Positions 9,315 through 19,136 of a DNA stretch of 37,492 bases are shown piece by piece. Numbering within the stretch: the stretch's first letter is position 1; every line of letters begins with the position of its first letter. A program made the translations under genes and the position numbers. Origin of the DNA: a virus (taxonomy: Duplodnaviria; Caudoviricetes); the IMG/VR virus record IMGVR_UViG_3300032314_000486, positions 1-37,492 of that record; one strand, 5' to 3'. Under the pieces are notes generated by a model. The model worked only from the letters and a program-made list of their open reading frames with translations, had not been told where the DNA came from and did no database searches.

Positions 9315-9518
9315 TTAAACCACGCGGACGTTTTTCGCCCGCAGGCCCTTGGCCTCACTGACCGCCTCGTATTCGACGGCGGCACCCTCGGCCAACGTCT
9401 TGAAACCCTTCATCTCGATGGCGGAGTGATGCACAAAAACATCACCGGACTGCGCCGGATCCTCGATGAAACCGAAACCCTTTTTGTCGTTGAACCACTT
9501 GACCGTGCCGCGTGCCAT
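9315..9518 (-). CDS. csp: Cold-shock domain protein
   Basis: 67 aa from ATG 9518: [15 protein letters not shown] (RNP1) and DVFVHHSAI (RNP2). Confidence 0.95.
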   Translation of the reverse strand: MARGTVKWFNDKKGFGFIEDPAQSGDVFVHHSAIEMKGFKTLAEGAAVEYEAVSEAKGLRAKNVRVV

Positions 9519-9522
9519 AAAA

Positions 9523-10071
9523 TCAAACCCCGGGAACCGGCGGAGGCACCATGCCAGGCCGCAACGTCCGACGCAGACGGGTGAGAAGTCCGATGCGCTT
9601 TTGCTTCTCGGCCACCACGCCACCATAGGCCGCGGCCATGCTGTTCGGATCGGCGCCGCCTGTTTCGTTGGCGACGTATTGCCCGTTACCATCGCGCGGG
9701 CGGGAATCGGCCAGGCGGATCATGCCAGGACGGAGAGCAGAGAGATTCACTTTCTTCGCGACGGCCGCGGCGGGTTTCTTCTCCTCCTTGTCCGGCGTTT
9801 CGATGCTCATGACATCGATGGTGGCACTGTGCCGCGTCTCGCCGTTGCGAGTGTTCGTCTCGCGGCTGGTGACCTTGAACTTGATCTTGGCCTCGCCTTC
9901 GTCGGGAAGGTCGATGGATTTTTTGAGGCGGCGGAGATAGAGCGAGGGATACCAGACCCGGGGGCCGGGAGCCGGAGAGCAAGAGCCCAAACAATCATCG
10001 CCGGGTTTCTCCCCAAGAGGCATGACCGCGAGTTGGATCATGCCAGGACGGAGACGGGAAAGCCTGCTCAC
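9523..10071 (-). CDS. Putative internal head protein with three LRPGM repeats
   Basis: GTG 10071 overlaps the upstream TGA (GTGA). Contains [31 protein letters not shown] and RPRDGNGQY. Confidence 0.65.
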   Translation of the reverse strand: MSRLSRLRPGMIQLAVMPLGEKPGDDCLGSCSPAPGPRVWYPSLYLRRLKKSIDLPDEGEAKIKFKVTSRETNTRNGETRHSATIDVMSIETPDKEEKKPAAAVAKKVNLSALRPGMIRLADSRPRDGNGQYVANETGGADPNSMAAAYGGVVAEKQKRIGLLTRLRRTLRPGMVPPPVPGV

Positions 10072-10985
10072 ACGTAACGACTGCGAATTTCGCGGGCTTT
10101 CTTGCTGTGCTCGCCATGAACCTTCCCAGAAATCGCGCCGCCATAAAGGCCGGCAACCGCACCAGTAGCGGCAGCCGCAGCGGCCAGCCTTCCGCGCCCG
10201 CGGGGGAAACGCGCTACATTTCCAACGCGCGCAGCGATCCTGCGGCCCGCTTTGGTCTTTAAGGCAGCAATGCCAAGTCCTGCCCCACCAACAGCTCCAG
10301 AGGTCGCACCAATGGTAGTATCGACCAATGTGTTGCCATAGGCTTCTTTCGCGGCGTCCCACTTTTTCCCCTTACGCGCCTTGTAAGCAGCAACGGTCGG
10401 CGAACCAAGCAAAGCCGTGGCAACCTCTTCGCCAGAGCCAAACTCAATCATGTCATCGACTTTATCGCTGAGTTCGATCAAGCGGCCTTTGACCACCTCG
10501 GACATAGCGACAGGACGCAGGGCAGCTTTGCCGATGAGTCCGAGGGTGCGGCGGAGACCGCGATTCTTGACCGCAGACTGAGCCGTGACACCCGCCACGC
10601 GATTTGCGCGCTGGGAAAGGTTGTCGAGGGCATTGGCCACGGGGAGGAGAGATTTGCGGGCACCGGATTTGGCCGCGTCCGTGACGTCACGACCCACACC
10701 GCGACCGATGGCCATCGCCGCCTTGGAGGGGCTGGTGGCCTGGTCCGCGCCGTAGCGACCCGCCAATGCCTTGCCACCGAGAACCGCGCCGCCGATGGCA
10801 CCACCGGCCGCAACGGCTTTCACCGCACCGCCGACGGATTTGAAAGAGCCCGCCGTGGCCTCGCTGCCGTCCTCGTTGAGATACTTGCCGGTGGCCGGAT
10901 CGCGATAGACGCCGAAAAGTTTGGTGTCGAGCTTGGCTTCGAGTTCGATGGCGCGAGCGGTGACGATGGCTTTGAGTTTATTCAT
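10068..10985 (-). CDS. Basic Gly/Ala-rich putative internal virion protein, two-module
   Basis: 305 aa; duplicated motif RAIELEAKLDTKLFG / RLIELSDKVDDMIEFG; glycine-zipper segments. Confidence 0.65.
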   Translation of the reverse strand: MNKLKAIVTARAIELEAKLDTKLFGVYRDPATGKYLNEDGSEATAGSFKSVGGAVKAVAAGGAIGGAVLGGKALAGRYGADQATSPSKAAMAIGRGVGRDVTDAAKSGARKSLLPVANALDNLSQRANRVAGVTAQSAVKNRGLRRTLGLIGKAALRPVAMSEVVKGRLIELSDKVDDMIEFGSGEEVATALLGSPTVAAYKARKGKKWDAAKEAYGNTLVDTTIGATSGAVGGAGLGIAALKTKAGRRIAARVGNVARFPRGRGRLAAAAAATGAVAGLYGGAISGKVHGEHSKKAREIRSRYV

Positions 10986-11047
10986 GGATCGGAAGTTTCA
11001 TGGTTTGATGGATCGCAATTTGAAAACCACGGGCGAGTGTCAACCCG

Positions 11048-13108
11048 TCAGGCCAGATTTTCCCCAGCCTTCACGAAGGTCCGCCGCGAGATCACAGCGA
11101 TGTTTTTCGTGCGGTAGCCGGGACGCTGATGCGACTTCACGGCGGGCATGATCTTTCTCGGTGGGGCAGTCTTGCGGCCGATGGCGATGCCACCAATGAG
11201 AGCCGCGACCGTGCCGGCGGCGCCGAGGGTGCCGAGGATCTTGCGCTGGCCGTCCTTCGTTTCGTGCCAGTCGGCCGGACGGCGAACGCGCTTGCGCGAG
11301 CCGGGAGCAAACACCCGGGCGCTCTTGCCGCGCGGGTCACGCACATCCCAGCCATTCGCCTGCGCCACGGCATCGAAGTGATGAACCGTCACCGCCAGAC
11401 GGCCGGGAAGGGCCTCCAGGCCCAGCAGGTCGTCCGCTTTGGAGCGGACTTTCGAGATCTGCCCCTTGGCGGAAGTGATCACCTTGTCGGACGCCTTGCG
11501 GTAGCGGGGAATCTTGCGCCGCGCCACGGCATGCCCGATCAGGCCCGCCGCGCTGGCCGCCGTGAGCAGACCATTGCGGAAGTACTCTTTCTCCCACTCG
11601 CGCTTGCGGCCGCCCGTTTTGCGGCGACCGGCGGCGACGTCGGCCACATCGGAAACCAGGTTGCTGCTGCGGCGAACGGTCTTGCGGATTTGATGCCCGC
11701 CCCGCCACGCGGCATTAACGATCTGCGATTGCGTGAGGCGTGTCGGGTTGCCGCTTGCGTCGACCAGGCTGGCATTGTTGCCATAGGCACTCAAGGGATC
11801 GGCGTATTGCTTGTTCTCCTTGAAACGCGGCTGGTCCTTTTTGCCGAGCTCGATGAGGGCGACGGTGGCGGCGAGACGGCGGGGCAGCAATTTCAAACGT
11901 CCGGAAGCCAGAAGTCCGGACGCCAGCACACCGGCCACGGCCGGCGCAGTTTCCGCCCGCTTCGCTTCCCGCGAGCGTTCGCCGTAGGGATCGCGGCTTC
12001 GTTCCGTGATCTTACGGATGCCCAGCACACCGCCGCCGGCGATGGCCGCACCGATGGCAGCCGTCTTGATTGCCCGAGCCTTTCCGCGACTGAGCAAACC
12101 CGCAGCAGCTCCCGCCGCACCTGCGCGGAGGATGTTCGCGTCGCGGCGGTCCAGATCCTCATCACGGATCTTTTTCACGTAGCGGTCGCGGGCGACTTTT
12201 CCGGTGAGCGGGATGCCGCCCTCGTAGCCGACGATGGCAAACTCGATGGTGGCGCGGAGACGGGATGGAAGGGCGGAGAGCATGCGTTTCTTTTTGTCCT
12301 TTTTGAGATTGTTGATCGTGTCCACCTGCTGCCCCTCGTCGGAGGCATGAGCGGCACCGGCGACAAGTCCCCCACCCGCGCCGATCGCAGCCGCCACCGG
12401 CAGCGGGGTCTTGCGGATCCACTGAGCAGGACGGAGAGTTTTCGAGGCGCTGACAAGGGCCCGCGCCGGGGAGCCTACCAATGGAAGCTTGCGACGAACT
12501 TTGCGCGCAATCACGACACCAGCCCCGCCCAGGACTGCACCGCCGATGCCGCCGCCGATGGCCGCACGTTTCGTGATGGGAGCGCCTTCTTCTTTGCGCG
12601 GCTGGCCTAGTATGGCTGTTCCAATGGCCGTTCCGCCGCCACCCAATGTCGCGCCTAGTCCGGCCCCGGTAGCAACCGACTTCAAAACTTTCTTCACTCC
12701 GGTGCCCTTGCGCAAAGCAGGAATGAGCCCCAAGGCCGCGCCACTGGCCGCAGCGGAGATCCCGGCCTTCACGGCGGAGGGCAGAGGCTTCGCCTCCTTC
12801 TTTCGCTCCGCGAGTTCGATCGCGGAGAACCTCACCCCGGGAATCTTCGCAATCTGCCGTTTGATGAACAAACCGGCCCGGACGATCTTCGCGCCGGTCC
12901 GCCGCACTCCACCGGTGATCACCCGCGCATTCCGCGCCGCCTTGCGGCTCTCCTCGGCAGCGGCGCCGGCGACCTTGGCCGCACGACCCGCCTGCACTCC
13001 GGCATACAATCCACCCGCGCCCACCGCGAGGGCCCCGGTGCCGACGGCGGCGTTTTTGAAACGATCCTTACGGTAAGGATTTTCGGGTTTCAGCTTTTCA
13101 GGTTTCAT
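11048..13108 (-). CDS. Highly basic glycine-zipper-rich modular protein, putative internal head/ejection protein
   Basis: 686 aa; start overlaps the portal stop; many GxxxG hydrophobic segments flanked by K/R; four related linker motifs. Confidence 0.7.
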   Translation of the reverse strand: MKPEKLKPENPYRKDRFKNAAVGTGALAVGAGGLYAGVQAGRAAKVAGAAAEESRKAARNARVITGGVRRTGAKIVRAGLFIKRQIAKIPGVRFSAIELAERKKEAKPLPSAVKAGISAAASGAALGLIPALRKGTGVKKVLKSVATGAGLGATLGGGGTAIGTAILGQPRKEEGAPITKRAAIGGGIGGAVLGGAGVVIARKVRRKLPLVGSPARALVSASKTLRPAQWIRKTPLPVAAAIGAGGGLVAGAAHASDEGQQVDTINNLKKDKKKRMLSALPSRLRATIEFAIVGYEGGIPLTGKVARDRYVKKIRDEDLDRRDANILRAGAAGAAAGLLSRGKARAIKTAAIGAAIAGGGVLGIRKITERSRDPYGERSREAKRAETAPAVAGVLASGLLASGRLKLLPRRLAATVALIELGKKDQPRFKENKQYADPLSAYGNNASLVDASGNPTRLTQSQIVNAAWRGGHQIRKTVRRSSNLVSDVADVAAGRRKTGGRKREWEKEYFRNGLLTAASAAGLIGHAVARRKIPRYRKASDKVITSAKGQISKVRSKADDLLGLEALPGRLAVTVHHFDAVAQANGWDVRDPRGKSARVFAPGSRKRVRRPADWHETKDGQRKILGTLGAAGTVAALIGGIAIGRKTAPPRKIMPAVKSHQRPGYRTKNIAVISRRTFVKAGENLA
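13064..13080. repeat. Palindrome A, copy 3 (inside a CDS)
   Basis: ATCCTTACGGTAAGGAT, encoding NPYRKD near the N-terminus of 11048-13108. Confidence 0.95.
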
Positions 13109-14838
13109 TCGTCTTTTCCTTGCTTGTCATCCTTTGCGGGCTTTGCGCCTTTGCGCGAGGCACCGATTGCCTTCGCCGCCTCCGGCTGCTTTTTCGGAAC
13201 CATGGCCTCCGCCTTGGCGCGGGTGGTGCCGTAGAGCATCACAATGGAATTGATGGCCGAGGGCCGGTCGATCTTGCCGGTGCCGTATTTCTCCAGGAGA
13301 TCCATGAGCGGCTCGACTTCCTTGCTGCCGATTTTGCCGACGAGGCCCTTGGGCTGCTCGGGCACGGCCGGTGGCGTATTGATGGCGGCTAGGAGCTGAG
13401 TGGCGTTGGGCAGGCTCGCGTTGATCAACTCGACCGGGATCTTCTTCTCGGCCGCCGCCGTTTGATACTCGAGGATTTCGCTGGCGAGCTTGTCCACCAC
13501 ATCGGCATTGGACATGCCGAGCATCATTTCGATGATGTTGCTGCGGGTGGTCAGGCCGTTCTGCAACATCAGGATCTGTTCCTGGATGAAGTTGCCGCTG
13601 TCGCCGGTGATCTGTGAACCGAAGGAAAACTTGCCCTTATTCCAATTCGGGTGCGGCGTGATCTTGCCGAAGGCGATGCCGAGGTCGAGCACGCGGTCCT
13701 TCACCCGCTGGAGGAATTTTTCCTCCATGAGCTGCTGCATGCGACGGATGCCGCGCCAGGCCAGCATGAGCTCGATGCGCGAGTTCACGCCACCGAGGTC
13801 GCCCATGTTATACAGGAAGCCGAAAGGCATATCGAGGCAATGGGCGCACTCCCGATAAAGAATGTCGATGAACTGGATGAGGTTGCCGCTCGGCCGACCG
13901 GTGGACGTCGGGAAAATGATTTCCTCGCCCTCCATGAGCTTCTGGATGCGGCCCGCCTGCGCTTCCATGGTATTCGCCCCGCCGGGCCCGCTCTTGCGCG
14001 TGGCCCAGGACGTTCCGGTCGCAGGCGCAAAGGGATCCTTCGACTTAATGAATCCCGCGAACATCGAAGCGAATTTCATGGCCTGCTTCTCGAAGGCGAT
14101 GACCTCGTGAATGTCCCGGGCGTGAGGAAGGGCGGCCGACCACCAGCTCTCGCCGTGGTATTGGTCGCTGCGGGTGGCCTTGTAGAGATGGATGAAATTC
14201 TCCGGCTCGACCGTAACGTCCGGCGTGTATTGACCCTGCCGCGATCGCTTCGTGATCTCGTAGCCCACGATCTCCCCGCGGTCGCCGATTTTGATGCCGC
14301 CAATGTTCCGCTCGTCGTTCGTGATCTTGCCCGGGTCGCCGATTCGGTCGCCCTCGACGGCCTGCAGGCGCAGCTCCTCGCCCTCCTGCACCTGGATAAA
14401 CCCATGCTGCCCGTCGCGCACCATGCCGCGGAATCCCATGCCCGCGAGTTCCCGCAAACGAAACCGGCCGGTGATGTCGGCGCGGGTGCACCAATCGTGG
14501 AAAAAGTCCTGATACTCGCGGTCCACCTCCGGCGTGCCGGTTTGGGCCTGATAGTTGATGTGGCCGCAGACGTATTGCTCCAGGCGGTTGTTCGTGCCGC
14601 GCACAAAACAGAACCGCTCTTCCATGTCGCGGGCCTCCCAAATGCGATCGATGCGCTTGCGGTTGTTCCGCTGACTCTCACTCGACGCGTGCCGGGACCG
14701 GCCGCCGCTGCTGCCGCGCTCCCAACTGCCCTCCGAGAATTCCCGGAGATGATACCGCGCCACCGCGCGACGGACCGCCAGGCTCGGGGAAACCGTCGCG
14801 ATGGCGCGATCCAGAAAGGTAAGCTTCGACTCGCTCAT
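13105..14838 (-). CDS. Portal protein, lambda family
   Basis: 577 aa; LRLQAVEGDRI, FIHLYKATRSDQYHGESW and LYNMGDLGGVNSRIEL match lambda gpB-type portals. Confidence 0.9.
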   Translation of the reverse strand: MSESKLTFLDRAIATVSPSLAVRRAVARYHLREFSEGSWERGSSGGRSRHASSESQRNNRKRIDRIWEARDMEERFCFVRGTNNRLEQYVCGHINYQAQTGTPEVDREYQDFFHDWCTRADITGRFRLRELAGMGFRGMVRDGQHGFIQVQEGEELRLQAVEGDRIGDPGKITNDERNIGGIKIGDRGEIVGYEITKRSRQGQYTPDVTVEPENFIHLYKATRSDQYHGESWWSAALPHARDIHEVIAFEKQAMKFASMFAGFIKSKDPFAPATGTSWATRKSGPGGANTMEAQAGRIQKLMEGEEIIFPTSTGRPSGNLIQFIDILYRECAHCLDMPFGFLYNMGDLGGVNSRIELMLAWRGIRRMQQLMEEKFLQRVKDRVLDLGIAFGKITPHPNWNKGKFSFGSQITGDSGNFIQEQILMLQNGLTTRSNIIEMMLGMSNADVVDKLASEILEYQTAAAEKKIPVELINASLPNATQLLAAINTPPAVPEQPKGLVGKIGSKEVEPLMDLLEKYGTGKIDRPSAINSIVMLYGTTRAKAEAMVPKKQPEAAKAIGASRKGAKPAKDDKQGKDE

Positions 14839-14841
14839 CGC

Positions 14842-15090
14842 TTAGTTCGAGTTGACTCCGCTAAAGTCCACCACGCCGGAAAACTCACCCTCCGGCGCCT
14901 TCCGGCCATTCTGCACCCTGATGGCCGCCTGCAGTTGGCTTTGCAGCATTTGGAGATCTTTCGTGTAGGACTTGCTCCCGATCTGCTGGGAAGAGAACAC
15001 GGATTTTTGTTTCTTGAGTTCGACGATCTCAGTGGCCAACTCCTCCGGGGAGTAGCTGCGATAAATCTCTGCCCAGTCGGATGCCGCCAT
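14842..15090 (-). CDS. gpW-like head completion protein
   Basis: 82 aa helix-hairpin-helix (SQQIGSKSYTKDLQML) directly upstream of portal; TTGACA 15 nt upstream of ATG 15090. Confidence 0.65.
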   Translation of the reverse strand: MAASDWAEIYRSYSPEELATEIVELKKQKSVFSSQQIGSKSYTKDLQMLQSQLQAAIRVQNGRKAPEGEFSGVVDFSGVNSN

Positions 15091-15111
15091 ATCGGGCAGA
15101 ACGGGTGTCAA

Positions 15112-15846
15112 TTAAATTGACAGGCTAGATTTGTCCTTTGCTAGGTTCGGCTTACACTCGTGCCCGTGTGCGCAAAACTCGCCACACTGCGGGCAATCCA
15201 TTAGCGGATGCGGTCCTTTTATCCTTTGGGACAACAGGAACTCGCGATAGGCCACGAACGTGCCGAGGTCGTGATAGTAATGCAGCGGGAAGGTGCCGTA
15301 GCCCATGGTCCGCATGACCATCTGGAAAACCGGATCGTAAGTTTTGAAGGCTCCGCCCAGGAACGCTTCGCTCACCAGCCCGGACCACACCACCACGCCC
15401 CAAGCCAAGGCGGGGACCGCCGCGCCATATTCTTTCGTGGCAATGCGGCCTTGGGTGAGGCAACTGAACCGCTCCGGTGTGTAAGTCTGAAAAGTGCCGA
15501 AACCAATCGGCATGTCCGCGGGGATTGTCGAAGGATCAAAATCCGTCACGGTGTCCGGCAGGATCAGCCCGCCCGGGACGCCATGTTTCAGTCCGAGCAA
15601 GATGGATCCCCACAAGTCGAGATGCTTGGGATCCTCCTTCACGATCATCTCGACGTCCGGAGCCAGGCGGCGGTGCAGGTGTTCCTTCTTCCGGTTGGTG
15701 ATGATGACGGGATCGCCGATGCGGCGGGCCATCCGCACCGCGCGGCCGAGCAGGGTTTCCTCCTCAGAGATCGGGAGCATCTCCTTGGGCACTCCACCGA
15801 AACGCACCGCCTCGCCGGCGGCCGGGATGATGACGCGGCGTTTCAT
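15112..15846 (-). CDS. Sugar-phosphate nucleotidyltransferase (RmlA/GlmU-like)
   Basis: IIPAAGEAVRFGGVPKEMLPI signature, plus LPD and YHDLGT motifs. Confidence 0.8.
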   Translation of the reverse strand: MKRRVIIPAAGEAVRFGGVPKEMLPISEEETLLGRAVRMARRIGDPVIITNRKKEHLHRRLAPDVEMIVKEDPKHLDLWGSILLGLKHGVPGGLILPDTVTDFDPSTIPADMPIGFGTFQTYTPERFSCLTQGRIATKEYGAAVPALAWGVVVWSGLVSEAFLGGAFKTYDPVFQMVMRTMGYGTFPLHYYHDLGTFVAYREFLLSQRIKGPHPLMDCPQCGEFCAHGHECKPNLAKDKSSLSI

Positions 15847-16430
15847 CTTCTCCGGAGGACAAACTCATTCCAGCACTCCACGCGGTCCTCGCTGGCCAGA
15901 GTCTGGTCGCGCGTGGTGCCGACAGTGTAATCGTAGTTCGTATCGACGAAGCGGGCCAACTCGACTGACGCCGCCGCGGCCAGACCGGACAGGAACTCCG
16001 GAATGTAAATGTGCTGCGGCGCTGTGCTGCCACGATAGATCATCGACCATGTGGATTTGTGGTCCGAATTCCACCGGCTCGGCCAGACCATACCCTCGTA
16101 GGCCACCCAGTCCGGCACGGTCACGATGATGTAACCGCCCGGTTTGACCACCGTGAGCCAGTCGCGCAGAGCAGCAGCCGGATCATGCATGTGCTCCAGG
16201 ACCTGAGAGGCATGAATGAAATCGAAGAAAGAGATAACGTGTCGGCTCAAGTGATTCGCGTCGCCGTCGTCACGATCGAACGCCAGCGCGCGGCCCATGA
16301 TATTCGGATCCTTCGAGAGCGGATCGTCGCCGCTGCCGACGTCGATACCCCGCCCCGAAAAATACTTCCACCACGGGACGGACTCCTCCCGCCACCGGCG
16401 GTGCATTGCTTTTGACGTTTCGAGGGACAT
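15843..16430 (-). CDS. Class I SAM-dependent methyltransferase
   Basis: GIDVGSG, FDFIHASQVLEH, VKPGGYIIVTVP. Confidence 0.9.
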   Translation of the reverse strand: MSLETSKAMHRRWREESVPWWKYFSGRGIDVGSGDDPLSKDPNIMGRALAFDRDDGDANHLSRHVISFFDFIHASQVLEHMHDPAAALRDWLTVVKPGGYIIVTVPDWVAYEGMVWPSRWNSDHKSTWSMIYRGSTAPQHIYIPEFLSGLAAAASVELARFVDTNYDYTVGTTRDQTLASEDRVECWNEFVLRRR

Positions 16431-16431
16431 A

Positions 16432-16545
16432 TCAGGAAAAAAGGTATTTCCAAAGCGCCAACAGCTTCAGAATTCCGAGGGCAATGGGCCCGAGAAGGAT
16501 CAGAAGGACCGCCAGCCATTTTGCAATTTCGAGTGCGTTTTTCAT
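16432..16545 (-). CDS. 37-aa single-pass membrane peptide
   Basis: MKNALEIAKWLAVLLILLGPIALGILKLLALWKYLFS; fills the gap with 1-nt spacing on both sides. Confidence 0.6.
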   Translation of the reverse strand: MKNALEIAKWLAVLLILLGPIALGILKLLALWKYLFS

Positions 16546-16546
16546 A

Positions 16547-17185
16547 TCAGTGGAATCCCTCCCGCACGACCTGCAGCCGGTGGGCATTGGTAATGCCGGT
16601 GATGTGGGCGAGGAAATCGGTCGAGTCCCACGGATTGTGCGTGTGCTCCTGCACGCTGCGCGGCACGGCGTTGAGCATCTTGCCTGGCAGCACGCTGATG
16701 AGATGGCCGAAGGCCGGGTCGCGTTTGAGATCCTGCAGCGCGCTTTGCTCGAAGCCCCACACGTTCCACCACTTGTCGCGCCCCCGTTGCCACATGGCCT
16801 CGAAGAGCCGCACGCTTTCCATGCCGGTCCAGCGCACGATCATGTTGCCGGTGTTGAACCAAAACCACCGGTCCTCGTCCGGACACGGGCCCCAATCGGC
16901 CGAGACATAGACCACGGCCTGCTCGCGCTGGACAAAGTCCTCCGCTTTCCACGCCGGATTCGTCACGACGGTGTCCGCATCGAGCCAGACCACCAGCTCG
17001 TAATCACCCATCATGCGCTCAATGAGGGCCATCTTTTGCCAGACCACGGCGGGCTCGTCGTTCCACTGACGGACTTCGAGAAAATCGTAACCATACATCG
17101 CGGCCCAATCCCGCTTGCTGCGGACAGTGAGGTCGTGGATCTCCCGCATGGCCTTCGTGCTGCCGGTGAGAACGAGGGTTTTCAT
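16547..17185 (-). CDS. GT-A glycosyltransferase (GT34/GMA12-MNN10-like)
   Basis: WQK, VWLDAD (DxD), FNTGNMIVR, EQSAL, FLAHITG. Confidence 0.8.
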   Translation of the reverse strand: MKTLVLTGSTKAMREIHDLTVRSKRDWAAMYGYDFLEVRQWNDEPAVVWQKMALIERMMGDYELVVWLDADTVVTNPAWKAEDFVQREQAVVYVSADWGPCPDEDRWFWFNTGNMIVRWTGMESVRLFEAMWQRGRDKWWNVWGFEQSALQDLKRDPAFGHLISVLPGKMLNAVPRSVQEHTHNPWDSTDFLAHITGITNAHRLQVVREGFH

Positions 17186-19107
17186 TCCTTCGCGCCCTCA
17201 ATAATCGCGAAGTCGAGCGCATCCTGAACTTCACGCTTCACTGCATCCATATCGAAGCGATGGTCTGTCATCACGAACTTGCGCAGATTGAGACTAAGCG
17301 GGTCGCTGCACCACGCGGACGACAACCCCGCCGGACTCCCCGGCTCCCACCAGGCCCGCATGCGCAGGCGTTCGTCCTCGAATCCCGCCCGGTCGTGCGC
17401 GTCGTTGCCGTAGATGGCGATCAGCGGCCGCTTAGGATGCGTGGCCGCGAAAACGTGGGTGAACCCCGTGTCTCCCCCGATCCACATCTTGCAGCAGCCG
17501 ATATGCTCGATGATGGTCCGCAAGTCTTGGCCTGACTCCGCGGGTGGCACCACATAAACCCGCAGCCCAATTCCGACCAGCCAGTCCACCAGCTCCTTGA
17601 ACTGCACCCGATCGTGATTCCGCGCCACGTTATACTGCGCCCCGCTCAGGCAATGAACGCCGACGTCGTAGGAGTCCGGGAAACCCCGAGCCATCAACAT
17701 GATGCCCGTATCGTGAAACGCCGACGGAGCCGCGATCCAGAGATTGCCGAATTCGAAATTCAGCCGCCGATGATTCAGCCAGCGGTCTCCGAGTTCCGTC
17801 TGCCACTCGTCAGCCAGGGACGGCCAATAGGTTTTCACCGGCAGCGCCCCGCGATCGGCGATGAACAAACGCGCGTGGGGATTCTTTTCTTTGAAAACGC
17901 GGAGCAAGTAAGCCGCCGCCACCGTGTCGCCGATCTTGTGGTTGTAAAAATCATAGACGACCACTTCCCCCTTCCGGACGTAATTCGACGTCGAGCCACT
18001 GAGCACATCGATACAAGCGTTCACGACCCGGGAGGGCGTGATGGACGCAAGCACGGTGCAGAAACCAGCAGATTCCCGCGTTTGCGTAAGCGCGCAGGGC
18101 CCGCCCGACGGCCAGCGCGAAGTCCCGCTCTCGTGGTGATGGCAGGGCGCACACTCCCCTCTGGCCTCCAGCACGGTCACCGGAGCGCCAGGGATCACCC
18201 GCAACCTAGAAGGGAAGCTGCCGAAGAGCGCCACCGTGGGGATCTCGAGCGCGCCCGCCACATGCTGCAACGAGGAGTCCGGCACCAGCGCGGCATCGCA
18301 GGTCGAGAGCACGGCCACGCTGTTCCGGAAGGTAAGCCCCATCGCGGACAGATCCACCGCACCCGCAATGTCGCAAGAGACCTGTCCCGCTTTGCCGAAG
18401 ATGAAAACCTCGATGTCCTGCAGCAACAGCGCCTCGATCACTTGCGCCAGCAACCGCGGCTCATACGAGCGAACCCCGCTGCTCGAAGTCGCTTGAACCC
18501 CAATGCGCCGTCGGCCGGTGCGTGGGAAAGTTTGCAACGCCCACTTCCGCTCCACCTTGTCCAGGTGATAACTCACCCGCCGGTCCGCATCCGGCCCCAG
18601 CGGCACCCCCGCCCGCTCGGCCAGTAAGTCCACCGCATGGATCTCGCGCGCCCGCGGATTGTCCTCGATCACGCCCTCGAAGAAAATGAGAGGATCCCGC
18701 TCACCAACACAGGCCAGCGGCAGAAACCCAACGTGAGCCCGGCAGTCCACGCCCTGCAGCGCTGGCACATATTCCGGCATGGTCACAAAATGCACCCGGC
18801 TCCACGGCCACCGGCGTTTAATCTCCCGGATCGTCGGCGTAGCCATCAGCACATCACCGAAGCCGCCCATGCGAAACATCCAGATGTCGCGCCCATTGTG
18901 ATCCCGGTCCGGATCAATCGGCCGCGGCGGAATGGCCTGCGCCTCCACCAGCCGGTAAAGCGGCCGCTGCTGCCCATCGCGGCAGCGAATGAGCTGGCGG
19001 TTCGTGAGCAGACTGCCCGCCATTGAATTCGCCACGAGATAGGGCTCGGCAGGATTCAGCTCGACCCCATGAAAGGAAACCGGTTCGGAGAAAGTTACGG
19101 TGTGCAT
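17182..19107 (-). CDS. Tandem GT9 (heptosyltransferase-like) glycosyltransferase
   Basis: Domain 1: GGFGDVLMATPTIREIKRRWP...DSSLQHVAGALEIPTVALFG. Domain 2: KIGDTVAA...IGGDTGFTHVFAA...LIAIYG. Confidence 0.85.
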   Translation of the reverse strand: MHTVTFSEPVSFHGVELNPAEPYLVANSMAGSLLTNRQLIRCRDGQQRPLYRLVEAQAIPPRPIDPDRDHNGRDIWMFRMGGFGDVLMATPTIREIKRRWPWSRVHFVTMPEYVPALQGVDCRAHVGFLPLACVGERDPLIFFEGVIEDNPRAREIHAVDLLAERAGVPLGPDADRRVSYHLDKVERKWALQTFPRTGRRRIGVQATSSSGVRSYEPRLLAQVIEALLLQDIEVFIFGKAGQVSCDIAGAVDLSAMGLTFRNSVAVLSTCDAALVPDSSLQHVAGALEIPTVALFGSFPSRLRVIPGAPVTVLEARGECAPCHHHESGTSRWPSGGPCALTQTRESAGFCTVLASITPSRVVNACIDVLSGSTSNYVRKGEVVVYDFYNHKIGDTVAAAYLLRVFKEKNPHARLFIADRGALPVKTYWPSLADEWQTELGDRWLNHRRLNFEFGNLWIAAPSAFHDTGIMLMARGFPDSYDVGVHCLSGAQYNVARNHDRVQFKELVDWLVGIGLRVYVVPPAESGQDLRTIIEHIGCCKMWIGGDTGFTHVFAATHPKRPLIAIYGNDAHDRAGFEDERLRMRAWWEPGSPAGLSSAWCSDPLSLNLRKFVMTDHRFDMDAVKREVQDALDFAIIEGAKE

Positions 19108-19117
19108 GCCCCTGATT

Positions 19118-19136
19118 GCTAAGACGGAGTGTTAGG
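19118..19136 (-). promoter_or_regulatory. Motif C, copy 1
   Basis: CCTAACACTCCGTCTTAGC on minus strand, 10 nt before ATG 19107. Confidence 0.7.

Noticed and set aside
9519-9692. N-terminal extension on the cold-shock protein
   Set aside because: Overlaps 9523-10071; the canonical Csp begins at ATG 9518.
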